Below, in pieces: positions 17,312-33,311 of a stretch of 64,000 nt of DNA; position 1 is the stretch's first letter; every line of letters starts with the position of its first letter. Made by a program: the position numbers and the translations under genes. Origin of the DNA: the human T2T-CHM13v2.0 reference genome, Homo sapiens. The notes below the pieces were generated by a model. It searched no databases. It saw only the letters and a program-made list of their open reading frames with translations, and had not been told where the DNA came from. Location: assembly GCF_009914755.1 (NCBI RefSeq), contig NC_060926.1, one strand, 5' to 3'.

Positions 17312-17911
17312 ATGACAGTGCATTGTCCAGAATGTTTAGCAACTACATTGCTGGTGTGAGTGAAAAATGATATGACCACTTTGGAAAGCTGTTTAGCAAT
17401 ATATATTAGAGCTAAACACACGCCTGCCCTGTGACCCATAATTTCATTCTTAGGCATACACCTAACAGAAATGAGTGCAGAAGACATGGATAAGAACGTT
17501 CAGAATAGCTTTATTCATAACAGCAAAAAACTAGAAACAACAAAATGGTCAGAAACAGAAGAATGGGCCAGACGTCGTGGCTCACTCCTGTAATCCCAGC
17601 ACTTTGGGAGGCCAAGGTGGATGGATCCCTTGAGGTCAGAAGTTTGAAACAAGCCTGGCCAACATGGCAAAACCCTGTCTCTACTTAAAACAGTACAAAA
17701 ATTAGCCATGCATGGTGGCAGGCACCTATAATCCCAGCTACTTGGGATATTGAGGCACGAGAATCACTTGAACCCAGGGGGGTAGAGGTTGCGGTGAGCC
17801 GAGATTGCGCCACTGCACTCTAGCCTGTGCAACAGAGTGAGCCTCTGTCTCAAAAAAAGGAAAAGAAATGGAAGAATGGATAAATCAGTTGTGGTATGTG
17901 CGTATACCACA

Positions 17912-18277
17912 TGTTGTGGACTGTTTGTAGTTCCCCAAAATTCATACATTGACATCCTAACCTCCAGTGGGATGGTATTAGGAAGTGGGGCCTTTGGGAG
18001 GTAATAAGATCATGATGGTAGAATTCTACCTCATGAATGGGATTTAGTGCCTTGTAAGAAGAGACTGGAGAGTTTACTTCCTTTCTGCTTTTCACCATGT
18101 AAGGATACATGAAGAAGATGGCCATCTGCAAACCAGGAAGCAGGTCATCATGAGACACCAGATCTAACAGCATCTTGATCTTGGACTTCTCAGCCTTCAA
18201 AACTGCGAGCAATAAATTTCTGTTGTTTAAGACACCCAGTCTATGATATTTTGTTATAGCTGTCCAAACTGAGACCC
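17912..18277 (+). mobile_element. MaLR LTR (MLT1A/B-like)
   Basis: TG start, CCCCAAAATTCATA...GGGGCCTTTGGGAGGTAAT...AATAAATTTCTGTTGTTTAAG..CCCAGTCTATGATATTTTGTTATAGC. Confidence 0.85.
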
Positions 18278-18949
18278 AGATATATACATACTACATGACC
18301 TAGAACAGGCAAAGCTAATCAATGGTAGTTACTTTTAAGGAGGGTATTGACTGAGAGAGGAGCCCAAAGGAACTTTCTGGAGTGCTGAAATGTTCTATAT
18401 CTCAATCTGGATGGTAATTACAAGGTGGTGTTCACTTGTGAAACTTCATTGAGCACTTAAAATTCATGCACCTTATAGTTTGTGTGATATAATTCAATTA
18501 AAAAAATGTTTAGCTCCCAAAGGCCCTTCTTTTCTCTTTATCTGTCACAGTTATTTTATTTTACATGAAGTCTTGGTAAAGAATCTGTGCTGTTTTATCA
18601 ACTTCCATGTACTGTCTTCTATAGAAGATCTACTTATCATTTTATGCATGCTGATCTCGTCCACTTGCCAAATATAGCAAATTGACCCAAGTAAATTTGG
18701 CTGTTCACAATTATTAGATAATTTAGAGGATAGTGGAGGTCACCAATTGTTAGACATAGGGGTGGGCTCTAGGTCTCCCCTTAATAACCTCACTTTCATA
18801 TGACTTATTACAATGAAGGAAGTTTTTGTAGACAAGATTCACCTTCAAACATCTATTAGCAAGAAAACACAAAAGTAGTCCTACAATCTATTCCCAAAAT
18901 TCAGGGAGACCCTAGATTTCTGGCTTTTAGGCAATCTGATATTCATCTT

Positions 18950-18954
18950 GCGCG

Positions 18955-19005
<51 letters not shown>
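18950..19005. repeat. Compound (GC)n(AC)n microsatellite
   Basis: GCGCGCGCGCGCGC followed by about 20 AC units. Confidence 0.95.
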
Positions 19006-19010
<5 letters not shown>

Positions 19011-19632
19011 TAGAAAAACTTAGCAAGCCTAGCAGCCTTCAGAGTGGTACTCTTGGCCTGGAGTTTTGATTTAGTTGAGTTTTCTGCCCCTTAGTGATGA
19101 ATTCTCTCAATTGCCCTAACCAAAAGTCTAAAATATTATAATCATCTGCCTTGAATAATTTTTCATGGATTTTTTTCCCCCTCACATTTAAAGTCCAGGT
19201 TAGAATGATAAGTCCATTCTACGAAGCCATCAGAGTTCGTATGGAACTACAGGATGTTGGGACTTGGCTTCCTTCTATCTTGCTGCTTTGCCACACCTAT
19301 GGTGTTTCCTTCATTTGCTTGGTCCAGTTTTGCTCATCATCCACATCTAGCTAGTTGAAGAAAAGAGAAAATGAGGTAAGAGAATAAATTCATTGCATTT
19401 AAGAATTACCTGGAAGTTGCACACATCACTTCCACTCATGTCTCATAGGCCAGACATTGTCTTACTAAGCTTCAAGGAAGGCTGGAAAAATGTAGTTTTT
19501 ATTTCTGATTGGCCATACATTTTGTTGAAAGCCACAGGTGATTTTATTATTATATAGGAAGGAGAGAGCCAAGAGATAAGTGACAGTATCTGCCACAATG
19601 ACAAAATTGGTTTAGGTCAGCTTGCAAATCTT

Positions 19633-20010
19633 CTGTCTTAGTCTGTTTTGTGTTGCTATAAATGAATACCCGAGGCTGGATAATTTTTTTTAAAAGAGGT
19701 TTATTTGGCTCACAATTTCGCAGGCTGTACAAGAAGCATGACACCCACCAGCATCTTCTTGGCTCCCAGTAAGGGCTTTTCTGCTGAGTCAAACATGGTG
19801 GAAAAGGTCAAAGAGAAGCAGGCATGTGTGAAGAAAGACCAAATCTGAGGGGCACCCTGGTATAACAACCCATTGTTTCATAACAACCCATTCTCATGGG
19901 AACTAACCCATTCCTCTGAGAGCCAATCAGAAGGGAAAGTTACTGGCTACTACAAGAACAGCACCAAGCCACTCATAAGGGATCCATCCTCATGACCCAT
20001 ACACAATCCA
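19633..20010 (-). mobile_element. MaLR LTR (MST-like)
   Basis: TGTCTTAGTCTGTTTTGTGTTGCTATAAATGAATACCCGAGGCTGG...AGAGGTTTATTTGGCTCACA...GGCTGTACAAGAAGCATG. Confidence 0.8.
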
Positions 20011-20370
20011 TAGCATCTTCTCAGCAATATGTACTCAGTTGGTCCCTCCTTCCTTGAAACATTCCACTCTTTAGCTTCTATGGTGCCATATTTTCATAGC
20101 ACCTCTCAGGGTCTGCTTATTCTAGCTGCTGTACAGGCTTCTCTTCTTTTATTCATTATCCAAAAAATTCGAATGCTAGAGGGGTCAGTCTGGGATCCTC
20201 CCATCTTTGTTGTCTATACTCTTTTTAGGAGAGCTCATATAATGACATGACTTAAAATGTCTGCTATATACTAATAGTTCCAAAATTTATATCTTTAACC
20301 CTGACTTCTTCAAACTCATACCAACTGCCTACTTGACATCTTTACCTTGATGTCTAATAAGCATTTCAAC

Positions 20371-20997
20371 CTGAAACTGAGGGCTAACCTGATTTGGCCC
20401 ACCAAACTTAACTTGTCTCATTTGTTTTTAGTTAATTTTAAAAGCTACATATTTAATAGCTAAAAGTCATGTAGCTAAGCAATATATACATAAAATTCCA
20501 TTAGCTTCCTTACAGATTACATATCTGAGATATAGGTCACCATGGTAATGGTTGCTTGTTTTTCAGGAACTTAGAGTTAGCTCTTGTCCAGCTTAAGCCA
20601 GCTGAGACCAACAACTCTTCAACTGGGCCTGCATGAGTGTCCAATGGGTGACCTTTTGGCATCACAGGACCAAGAGCTCCACCCTCAGATCATGCTAAAG
20701 CTGCAATTTTGTGGACATGTGTCCTATGAAGAGCTATGAAGCTTGACTATGCTTGTGCACATCACCAGTTGCCTCACTGTTTCTTACCCCAATTACCTTT
20801 CCCCATGCCTCAGACCACCTTGCTCCTTTATCCCGTAAATACCCTAAAACCCCATCTTTGGGAGCTGGATTTGAGATCTGTTCTCCTGTCTCCTCACTTG
20901 GCTGCTTCATGAATAAACCCTTTCTCTGCAGCAAAATTTGATGTCTCAGTGATTGGGCATATTGTGCAACAGGCAGAACAAGCCCAATTCAGTAACA
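20371..20997 (+). mobile_element. Solo LTR, ERV1-class, inserted in an L2 fragment
   Basis: TG...CA ends (TGAAACTG...CAGTAACA), internal AATAAA at about 20912, GAGATCTGTTCTCCTGTCTCCTC LTR motif; L2-like sequence upstream (20020-20370). Confidence 0.65.
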
Positions 20998-21277
20998 AAA
21001 CCAAATCTTCAAAATAGAGCAATGCTATTACCCTAGACTAAATGTTCTTAATATGAGGCTGGGAGCAGTAACCAGCCTCATAATTAAGAGGCTGTTTCGA
21101 AATGTAGGTGGGATTTTTCATTGTCACAGTGACTGGGGGGTGCTACTTATATTTCTTCTGAAATCTCTTTTTAAACTCAGCATTATGTTTGTGAAATTTA
21201 TCAATGTCAATTCATGTAGATCTAGTTTATTTTTCTCACTGTATAGAATTTCATTATTTAATTATATCACAATTTAA

Positions 21278-21643
<366 letters not shown>

Positions 21644-21713
21644 TGAGCCACTGCACCCCGCCCGAATATGCTTGAACATGTTTTCTTGTGTACAGATGTG
21701 AACATTGCTCTAG

Positions 21714-21984
<271 letters not shown>

Positions 21985-23002
21985 TAAACTTTAATAGATA
22001 TTATCAATTTGTTCTCAAAATAATTGTACTAAGTGTATACCCAGAAAGATGGTCTTTTAGTGTACTGACTTACAAAGTTATGCTATGAGAGATGGATACC
22101 AGTATGAGAGAGAGTCCTCTCCTAGGTACTGTAAATGAAACATGAAGCTTCCTGGTCTGCCGCCAGGAATTCATTTTCCTCAGAGGGTGTGTCTGCATGG
22201 AACTCTGCTTCTGGAAGGGAACGAGGGAGAAAAAGAAAAGATAAGAAAAGGGTTGGACATGGTGGCTCATGCCTGTAATCCCAGCACTTTAGGAGGCTGA
22301 GGCGGGTGGATCACCTGAGGCCAGGAGTTCGAGACCAACCTGGCCAACATGGCGAAGCGCTGACTCTACTAAAAATAAAAAAATTAGCCAGGCATGGTGG
22401 CGGGCGCCTGTAATCCCAGCTACTCAGGAGGCTGAGGCAGGAGAATCACTTGAACCTGGGAGGCAGAGGTTGCAGTGAGCCGAGGTGGTGCCACTGCGCT
22501 CCAGCCTGGGCGACAGAGGGAGACTGTCTAAAAAAAAAGAAGAAGAAAGAAAAAGATAAAAAAGAAAAGACAAGAAAGGGAGAGCAAAGGACCAGGGACC
22601 TGATGAGAACATGAAATAAATGTTTTTTTTGCCGGTGTGACTTCTGATAATAGGCTGTACTGCAGTTCTGCCCAGATGTTGTGGGACATGAAGAAGCAGT
22701 TATATTTGTTTAGGTGGCTCTGTCTCTAGGCAGATTCTGACTCTTCTTTCTATTCCCAGTGTTAAGCCTCCATACCAGGACATTAACAGGCATGTAATAA
22801 ACAGTTAGCTGAATGGATGAATGAGAGTACCCTGACACTGATATTATTTGTTCTGTTAAATACATATATTCTCACTGACTTGATCAAAACAAGAATTAAG
22901 GTTTCAATTGTGTCTGGCATAAAATAGAGAGTAGATAAATATTCTTTGAGTGGATAAAAGATAATCTAATTAATTTGAATTTAAACTACCTGAGCACAAC
23001 CC

Positions 23003-23801
23003 TGTTAAATATGTTTTTTCTCATTGGCCTTAAGAAAAGAAAAAAGAGCCCAGAGCAGTTTGAACTATGTGAGGTATGCGGAATTTATCAGGCACAGAGA
23101 GATATGAGTTTGGGACTTCAGTCATGTCCCTACACCCCTGTATTAGTTAGTTCTCATACTGCAATAAAGACATACCCAAGACTCGGTAATTCATAAAGAA
23201 AAGAGGTTTAATTGACTCATAGTTCCGCATGTCTGGGGAGACCTCAGGAAATTTACAATCATGGTGGAAGGGGAAGAGGCATGTCTTACACAGTGGCGGG
23301 TGAGAGGGAGCGAGCAAGAGCAGGGAAAACTGCCCTATAAAACCACCAGGAGAACAGCATGGGGGAAACCATCCCCATGATCCAATCACCTCCCACCCTG
23401 TGTGTGGTTCCTCCCCTCCACACTTGGGGATTACAATTCGAGATGAGATTTGTGTGGGGACACAGAACCAAACTATATCAGTCGCCATGCTTGGGGGGCA
23501 ATTGTTTCAAGTCACTTTGTCCCTTACTACCTGCTTCATCCATTTTCATGTTCTTCGAATTTGTGATACAAAGAAGAATGTATAGCCAATCAATAGCTTG
23601 TTATTGTAATGTAAGTTATCGGTAAACAATTTAGGAACTGCCTCTTCTTTTTTCTTTAAAAGCTACTTGTAAGTGCTGCTAATCAGAGCATATATTCAGG
23701 GCAATTTGAATCCATGCTCTCATGTGGCAGTCCTCAAACTTGGCTCAAATAAACTGTCTACTTATATTAATTTTGCCTCAGTTTTTCCCTTTAGGTTGAC
23801 A
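23003..23801 (+). mobile_element. ERV1-class LTR interrupted by an antisense THE1/MST MaLR LTR (23139-23480)
   Basis: Outer: TGTTAAA...AGCCAATCAATAGC...CTTGGCTCAAATAAACT...TAGGTTGACA. Inner: TGTATTAG...AAGAGGTTTAATTGACTCA...GATGAGATTTG.GTGGGGACACAG..CCAAACTATATCA. Confidence 0.7.
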
Positions 23802-24279
23802 ATATTGCATCAAGTTGAATACTCACAGCAATTGTATGAACTAGGTAGTATTTATTACCGGCCCTATTTATACCTGAGGAACAGAGAAGTTGAACAACTT
23901 GTCCAAGATCACAGTTTCACAGCAGGAGGACCATTATTTGAAGCAGGCAGTCTGATTCCAGACACCCAGTTTTTACACGCTGTACTGTATTGTTTTCAAA
24001 ACTCTAAGATTTCATGGATCTTTGATTTTTTTTTTAAATTTCACTTGTCCTTTTTTTTTTTTTGAGAACTACTACAACACGATGTGTGTGTGTATTCACA
24101 CACATTTTTGGAAAATATCTGAAAAAAAACCCAAAGCACTTCACATGAATGGAGGGCCAAAGGAAGGGCTGGGGTACAGACGCCGTCCAGAAATACTTAA
24201 AAATAAATGTTTATACTAACACAAACTAGCAGCCATTCCCCTACAACCTGGAGTACTTTTTAACCCAATCTGTTTGGGA

Positions 24280-24800
24280 TTGAGGGCGGGACTCCAGGGT
24301 CCCTGGGAGGCCCCGGCAGCCGCGCATGCTCAGAGCACAGGGACCGCTCCACCTCGTCCGTGGCCCTGCCCACCCAGGCCGCAAGAGCTGCCGGGACGGT
24401 CCCCATCTTCTTGGAGCGCTTTAGGCTGGCCGGCGGCGCTGGGAGGTGGAGTCGTTGCTGTTGCTGTTTGTGAGCCTGTGGCGCGGCTTCTGTGGGCCGG
24501 AACCTTAAAGGTGAGTAACTCTCGGTGGCTAATGAGAAGCTACAAAAGGGTCCGCTTTGCTGGTGCGCGACTGCGCGTTTCCGTTCTTTACTGCTTCTCG
24601 CGGCGTCCGTCCGCCCCTCGCCTTCCTCACGTTCAGGCCGAGCGCCGCGTGGGCCGCAGCCGGAGGCGGCGGAGCCGAGGGGGCGCGGGCGGCGGCGAGG
24701 CTGCCCCCGCGAGGAATGCGGGATCCTGGGGTTCCCCGCACGTGGCTGGTGCCCAGGCAGTTCCGCGGTTGCTTAGAGACGGGACTGTGGCTGCCCTCAT
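24280..24800 (+). promoter_or_regulatory. SSB: SSB CpG-island promoter
   Basis: High CpG/GC; GC box GAGGGCGGG (about 24282), NRF1-like GCGCATGCTC (about 24323), YY1-like CCCCATCTT (about 24401); no TATA box evident. Confidence 0.85.
24405..24510 (+). other. SSB: SSB non-coding exon 1 (start approximate)
   Basis: Ends in strong donor AAAG|GTGAGT at 24510/24511 within the CpG island; would splice to the CAG acceptor at 26493. Confidence 0.8.
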
Positions 24801-25053
24801 CCCCATTGCGTCTTTTTTTTTTTTTTTTTTTTTTTTTACCTCCACCGCCTTCTAGTCTCACCGAAGGCTTGTGGCCATCTCTGTAAAGTTTCTGGGGAGG
24901 TGGGCACGGGGTAAACGCCGGAGGGTTCTGTGGAGCCTATGGGACTGACTGGAGGCCAAAGAACTTTGGGCCGCAGATGTACACCAGCGTCACTCTTTTG
25001 GTCTGTTAGGGCCTTCATCGCTCACATCAGGTTTCAGTGTGAAACGGGAAAAC
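24600..25053 (+). other. SSB: SSB alternative first exon 1' (boundaries approximate) with T25 tract
   Basis: GC-rich segment, T run 24813-24837, candidate donors CAG|GTTTCA (25030) and AAC|GTGGGT (25053); fits the known oligo(U)-containing La exon 1'. Confidence 0.55.
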
Positions 25054-25775
25054 GTGGGTAATATTTCATTTACAGTCGTACATTCTGGAAAAGTATCTGA
25101 TGAAACGCAGTTCCAAAATTAGGCCAAATAGGTTTTGCAGGGTCTAAATAGTTATTTTATTTCATCGTTTGCTTTGTAGGGGGCCCTAGATCACGGTAGT
25201 AACTTAGGAGTGTAGATTGTGATAGACAAGACAATGCATAAAATTGAGTAATTTCTCTAGGGGGATGTGGATCACACAGTACCCCGTTGCAAGTGCTTCC
25301 TATGTGTATCCATGGTATCGAATGCAATTGCAGTGTGTCAGGGGATGCTTCCAGGAAGTGTACCTACATCAGTTCATAACTAGAGTCAACTAATGGCAAT
25401 ATTCTCGATGATTTGTTCACATAACTTTTGTACAGTTGGGATGACTGGGTGGCTTAGTAGAGTCCTGGAGGCAAGTACTTTGTAAGTAGAAGACTTGGTT
25501 TGTAATTTCTAGCAAACTAATAGCACAGCTTCCTTTTTTCATTGCAGTGCTAATGTCAGGAATACGAAACAGGAAACTGGCTATCCAATGTATTAGTAAA
25601 TTAGTAGGCATACTCCCCAGTTTAATGTTGTGTTAGTATGACCACATTCTCCCATTTTTGTTTTCGTATGTTCCTTAGCATAGAGTATCTAAGGAACTGT
25701 AACATTTTTCACCTTAAAGTTATGATGTCTAACTTGGTAACAAGGTTTGGGTAAGTCAGTTGTGACTACATTTTA

Positions 25776-25922
<147 letters not shown>

Positions 25923-25967
25923 TCAGCCGCAGCCGTGGTGGTGGGCGCCTGTAATCCCAGCTACTCA

Positions 25968-26069
<102 letters not shown>

Positions 26070-26400
26070 TCAAAAAAAAAAAAAAAAAAAAAAAAGAGGT
26101 GAACCCATACCAAACAAATGCACAGAGAGCCATGGTAATATACAGATAGATAGTTATCTGTTTAAAATTGGAAATGGTTGGTAAGTGATTGGAGTTTTTT
26201 TCCCTAAAGCTTGCTTGACCAGCTAAGTGAAGATAAACAGTTTCTTGTTATAGAAGATGGGGTAGTGATTTACTGAAAGACAAGTTTTTTATAGTTTTTA
26301 GATTTTTTCATCACTTATTCCAAAGTGTTGCTTTGTTGAGATATTTGAGAACTGAGTAAAGAAACTGAACCCGTGAAAATAGAAATTCTTGATTTTTTAA

Positions 26401-26571
<171 letters not shown>

Positions 26572-29500
26572 TGATTCCTGTGCTATAAACTGCAAAAACA
26601 AGTTCCTTGAAAGAAAATACAGAAAGAACATTTAATTCTAGTACATGGACATATTCAACATTTGGTTTGCCTTTGATTCTTAGATGAACATATAATAGCA
26701 TACAGTTTTATATTGGTGGAGCCAGGTTGTGAAACTTAAGATGTACAAACATTTCAAAAGGTAACACTATAAACTAGAGTTACTTAATCTTTTTAAAATT
26801 TTAGTTTCATAGTCTCATATAAAATTTTAGCTTCATAGTCTCATATAAAATGAGAATAATAGTAGTTCCCTCCTCATAAGGTAGTTTGGAGGATTAGTGA
26901 ATATAATGTTAAGTACTTAGAAGAATTCCTGACACATAAGTAACATAAAAGTCCTTGGTAAAGTACCTTCCCTGTTAAATAACACTATATTTTTGATGAT
27001 CTTAGTTTTTTTCTGCCCAGTCAGTTCTCAGCTATTGTAACTTTAATATAGTTTTTTTTTTTTTTTTTTTTTGAGATGGAGTCTTACTCTGTTGGCCACG
27101 CTGGAGTGCAGTGGCACTATCCTGGCTCACTACAACAGTGTTGGCTCACTGCAGCCTCTGCCTCCTGGGTTCAAATGATTCTCCTGCCTCAGCCTCCCAA
27201 ATAGCTGGGACTACAGGAGCACGCCACCACACCTGGCTAATTTTTGTATTTTTAGTAGCGACAGGGTTTCACCATGTTGGCCAGGCTGGTCTCGAACTCC
27301 AGACCTCAGGTGATCTGCCCACCTCAGCCTCCCAAAGTGCTGGGATTACAGGTGTGAGCCACTGTGCCCAGCCAGTAACTTTAATATAGTATCTGTTTTC
27401 AAAACCCTCTTAGCATTTTTTCAAATTTAGGTATTATGTTTATGTTAACGTAATACCTCAAGTGATCCGTAGTACCTTTGCAGTACTGATGCAGGAGGAT
27501 GGCTTGAGTCCAGGAGTTAGAGACCAGCCTGGGCAACATGATGAGGCCCCATCTCTACAAAAAAATTTTAAAAATTAGCTGAGTGTGTTAGCAGTTTACC
27601 TGTAGTCCTAGCTACTTGGGAAGCTGAGGTGGGAGGATTGATGGAGCCCAGAAGGTAGAGGCTGCAGTGGCTGTGATCATACCACTGCACTCCAGCCTGG
27701 ATGACAGAGCGAGACACTGTTTCAGGGGGCGAGGGGAAGAAACTTGAGAGTCTTCGTGAGCATACTCTGGCTGGGGAGGCTGCCTGATTTGCAAATCGTT
27801 CTTTGTTCACTTAAACTCAAAAAGAAAAAAACCTTAAAATCTTTACAATATCAATAATGGTTGCATGGGAAATTATCTCTAAACTTAGGTTCTTGCTAAG
27901 AACCCCTCAGATCATATTGTTTGGTGTGGGGTTTTTCTGCAATTCTCAGAACTGCTTTTTTTTTTTTTTTAAGCTGCACCTCTCTGCATTTAAAATGTCT
28001 CATGTTCCTTTTTTTGGTATTAATTTCTTTATGACTATGAGGAGAAAAATTAGAAATTATTCATTCTGTGTTTAATACTTAGAACAATACTAAGATGTAT
28101 ATAGAAAAGGTTGTATCTCTCCCACAACCTGCTAACTCTCAAATCCTACTCTTCTGAGGTTATCAAGGTTAAAAGCTTTTGACACTTTGCTTCATGCTCA
28201 TACTAATTTTTTTAGTGGACCTTATATTTTACAACAGTTCTAGGTTTACAGCAAAATTGAGCAGAAGGTACAGAGATTTTCCATATATCCCCTGCCTCCA
28301 CACAAGCATAGTGCCTTCACCTTTTAAAACATCCCCCACCAGAGTGGTACATTTCTAACAATTTTATTTCCTTCCCTTTCCCCCGCTAAATATAGGATGC
28401 ATTTTTGTGGAGAAAAGTTTTGTAATCAATAATCTTTTCATTCTCCTCTTTAATATGAAGGATGTTTCTAATTTTTTTAGCTGTAATCATTCTTTGACAA
28501 ATATTCTTATATATAAATCTTAGTAAACATGTTTATTGATTTCTTCAAGGAAAATTCTTAGAAGGAGCCATACTGGCTCAAGGATTATGCACATTTAAAA
28601 AACACTGATAATTGTCAGTTTACATCTACCTGAATGGCTAGTTCTCTGTGTTCAAGTCAATACTAGGTAGTCTTGGTTTTCTTTCTAATCTTAGCCAGTT
28701 TGTTAGGTGAAAAATGCTGTCTCGTTGCTTTAAATTGTATTTCTTTGATTAACAATGAAATGAGGTTGGATTTTTTTTTTAGTTTACAGTACATTATTTA
28801 TTTATTTATTTTTTGTGATGGAGTCTCACTCTTGTCTCCCAGGCTGGAGTGCAGAGTGCAGTGGCGTGATCTTGGCTCACCACAACCTCCACCTTCCAGG
28901 TTCCTCAGCTTCCCAAGTAGCTAGGATTATAGGTGCACACCACCATGCCCGGCTAATTTTTGTATTTTTAGTGGAGACGGGGTTTCACCATGTTGGTCAG
29001 GCTGGTTTCGAACTCCTGACCTCGGGTGATCCACCTGCTTCGGCCACCCAAAGTGCTGGGATTACAGGCATGAGCTATTGCGCTTGGCCTATTTTTTATA
29101 ATTTTTAAAAAAATCATTAGCTGGGCATGGTGGCATGTGCTTGTCGTCCTAGTTACTTGGAAGGCTGAGGAGGAAGATCAATTGAGCCCGGGAGTTTCAG
29201 GCTGCAGTGAGCTGTGGTTGCACCACTGCATTCCAGTCTGGGCAACAAAGCAAGACCCGATCCCTGAAAAATAGTGTCTTTTTTTTTTTTAAGACAGAGA
29301 GACAGTATTGCTCTCCTCTCAGGCTGGAGTACAGTGGCGGTGATCTCAGCTCACTGCAACCTCCACCTCCCGGGTTCAAGCTAGTCTTGTGCCTCAGCCA
29401 TCCGAGTAGTTGGGATTACAGGCGTGCACCACCATGTGTGGCTAATTTTTGTATTTTTAGTAGAGTCAGGGTTTCACCACTTTGGCCAGTCTGTTGTCGA

Positions 29501-30073
29501 ACTTCTGGCCTCAAGAAATTGACCCGCCTCAGCCTCCCAAAGTGCTGGGATTATGGGCTTGGGCCACCGTGCGAGGCCAATAAAATATCCTTTAACTGTT
29601 TTCTATTAGGGTGTTCTCTTTTTACCCTTCTTCTTTGTTTGTAAGAATTCTTGACAAAATTTGTTTGTCTTTTACTTTTTATGTTACTTCTGGCATTCCA
29701 AATAGTCATACTTGGGTTTTTCCTTGGCTTGTATATTGAGAGTTCCTCTATGCTTAAATTTGAGAAACATTTACTTTAACTTTTTTTTTTTTTTTTTTTT
29801 TTTGAGGCAGCGTCTTACTTTGTTGCCCAGGCTGGAGTACAGTGGCACAATTATGCCTCACTGCAGCTTCAACCTGCCAGGCTTAAGCAATCCTCCCACT
29901 TCAGCTTCCTGAGCTGGGACTAGAGGCACGTACCTCTATTTCTTATTTATTTTATTTATTTATTTATTTTTTGGAGAGCTGGGGTCTTGCCATGTTGCCC
30001 AGGCTGGTCTTGAACTCCTAGACTCAAGCAATGCACCCACCTCAGCCTCCTAAAGTGCTGGGATTAGGCATGA

Positions 30074-30214
<141 letters not shown>

Positions 30215-30841
30215 TAGCTGGGACTACAGGTGTGTGCCACTATGTGCAGCTAATTTTTGTATTTTTAGTAGAGACGGGGTTTGACCATGTCGGCCAGGGT
30301 GGTCTCAATCTCTTGACCTCCCAAAGTGCAGGGATTACAGGCGTGCGGCACCGTGCCTGGCCCCTGTCCCTTATTTTTTAATTTTAAAAAATTAGAAGGG
30401 CAGGTGTGGTGGCTCATGCCTGCAATCCCAGCACTTTGGGAGGCCGAGGTGGGCAGATCGCTTGAGATCAGGAGTTCAAGGCCAACATGGTAAAACCCTG
30501 TCTCTACTAAAAATAACAAAAATTCGCTGGGCGTGGTGGTACATGCCTGTAATCCCAGCTACTCAGGAGGCTGAGGCAGGAGAATCACTTGAACCTGGGA
30601 AGCGGAGGTTGCGGCAAGCTGAGTTCATGCCACTGCACTCCAGCCTGAGCGACAGAGTAAGACTCTGTCTCAAAAAAAAATAAGAATTGAGTGATTAACC
30701 AATTTCTTCCAGTTCTTTTTATTTAACCATCTGTTCTTTCCACACTGATTTGCAAGAGCCTTTTCATATAATCTTTAAATATATTCTTCTTTAAGGTTTT
30801 CTAGTCTATTGACACATCTGTTACACTATTTTAGTAATTGA

Positions 30842-31120
<279 letters not shown>

Positions 31121-31165
31121 TAACAAGCTTTTAAAAATAATCTTTAGGTTTTCTGTTTACAATGA

Positions 31166-31429
<264 letters not shown>

Positions 31430-32281
31430 TAAAGTACGGAAGAATAAGGGCTCAGGAATCACAGCCTCACTAATTACTGTATGTCCTTTCGTAATATTCT
31501 TAACCTAAGTTTCTTTTGTTTTGTTTTGTTTTGAGACAGTCTCATCCTGTTGCTCACGTTGGAGTGCAGTGGTGTGATCATGGCCCACTGCAGTCTTGAC
31601 CTCCTGGGCTCAAGTGATCCTCCCACCTCAGCCTCCTGAGTAGCTGGGACTACAGGTGCATGCTACCATGCCTGGCAAAAAATTTTTTGTAGAGACGGGT
31701 CTTCCTGTGTTGCCCAGGCTGGTGTCAATCTCCTGGGCTCAAGTGATCCAATCACCTTGACCTCCCAAAGTGCTGGGATTACAGGTGTGAGCCACCATGC
31801 CTAGTCCTAAGTTTTATCTTCATAAACGTGGATATTTTCTACCTTGTAGAACTGTTGTGAGAATTAAATGAAAAAAAATATATATACCATTGGATGAAAT
31901 CTTTGACATATTCTAAGCACCTATTGCCTATTAGCTGTTCTTATTTATCAGCAGCTAAACTTGATTGCAGTTTTCTTTAGTGTATTTTTAAATAGTTTTT
32001 TATTACGGAAAATTTCAGATACATATATAAATAGATTCAATAATGTACCATCACCAGCTTTAGTAGTTAATAACAGAACATGCAAATCATCTTGTTTTAT
32101 TTCTGCTTCAACTGAATTATTTTGAAGCAAATACCAGATGAATCACTTTTATTGTACTGGAGAGTAGTGGCTCCTAAACAAGGCTGTTAAGTGATTAACA
32201 AAGAGAAATAGAGATAGATAGGTATATCCTGGGTTCATTTCAAGAAAAAATGAATCAAATTCTCTCCAATTGTTTATCTGA

Positions 32282-32437
<156 letters not shown>

Positions 32438-32443
32438 TGATAA

Positions 32444-32614
<171 letters not shown>

Positions 32615-32770
32615 TAAGTCTTTTTGCTGATGTTTCTCCTGGCCTTTTACTTATATGGACACACACTAGGGTAAGGAGCATGGAAGTAGTATCCCCTGAA
32701 AGGCCAATATTCTTAGTATCTTTAGATGACCTTTGAGAAATGCTTGATATTTGTTCAGTGAGAACTATAG

Positions 32771-33266
<496 letters not shown>

Positions 33267-33277
33267 TAGCCTATATG

Positions 33278-33311
<34 letters not shown>

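Noticed and set aside
24274-24886. 193-aa and 109-aa ORFs across the SSB promoter
   Set aside because: Non-ATG starts, low complexity, cross the exon 1 donor and the T tract; expected in CpG islands.
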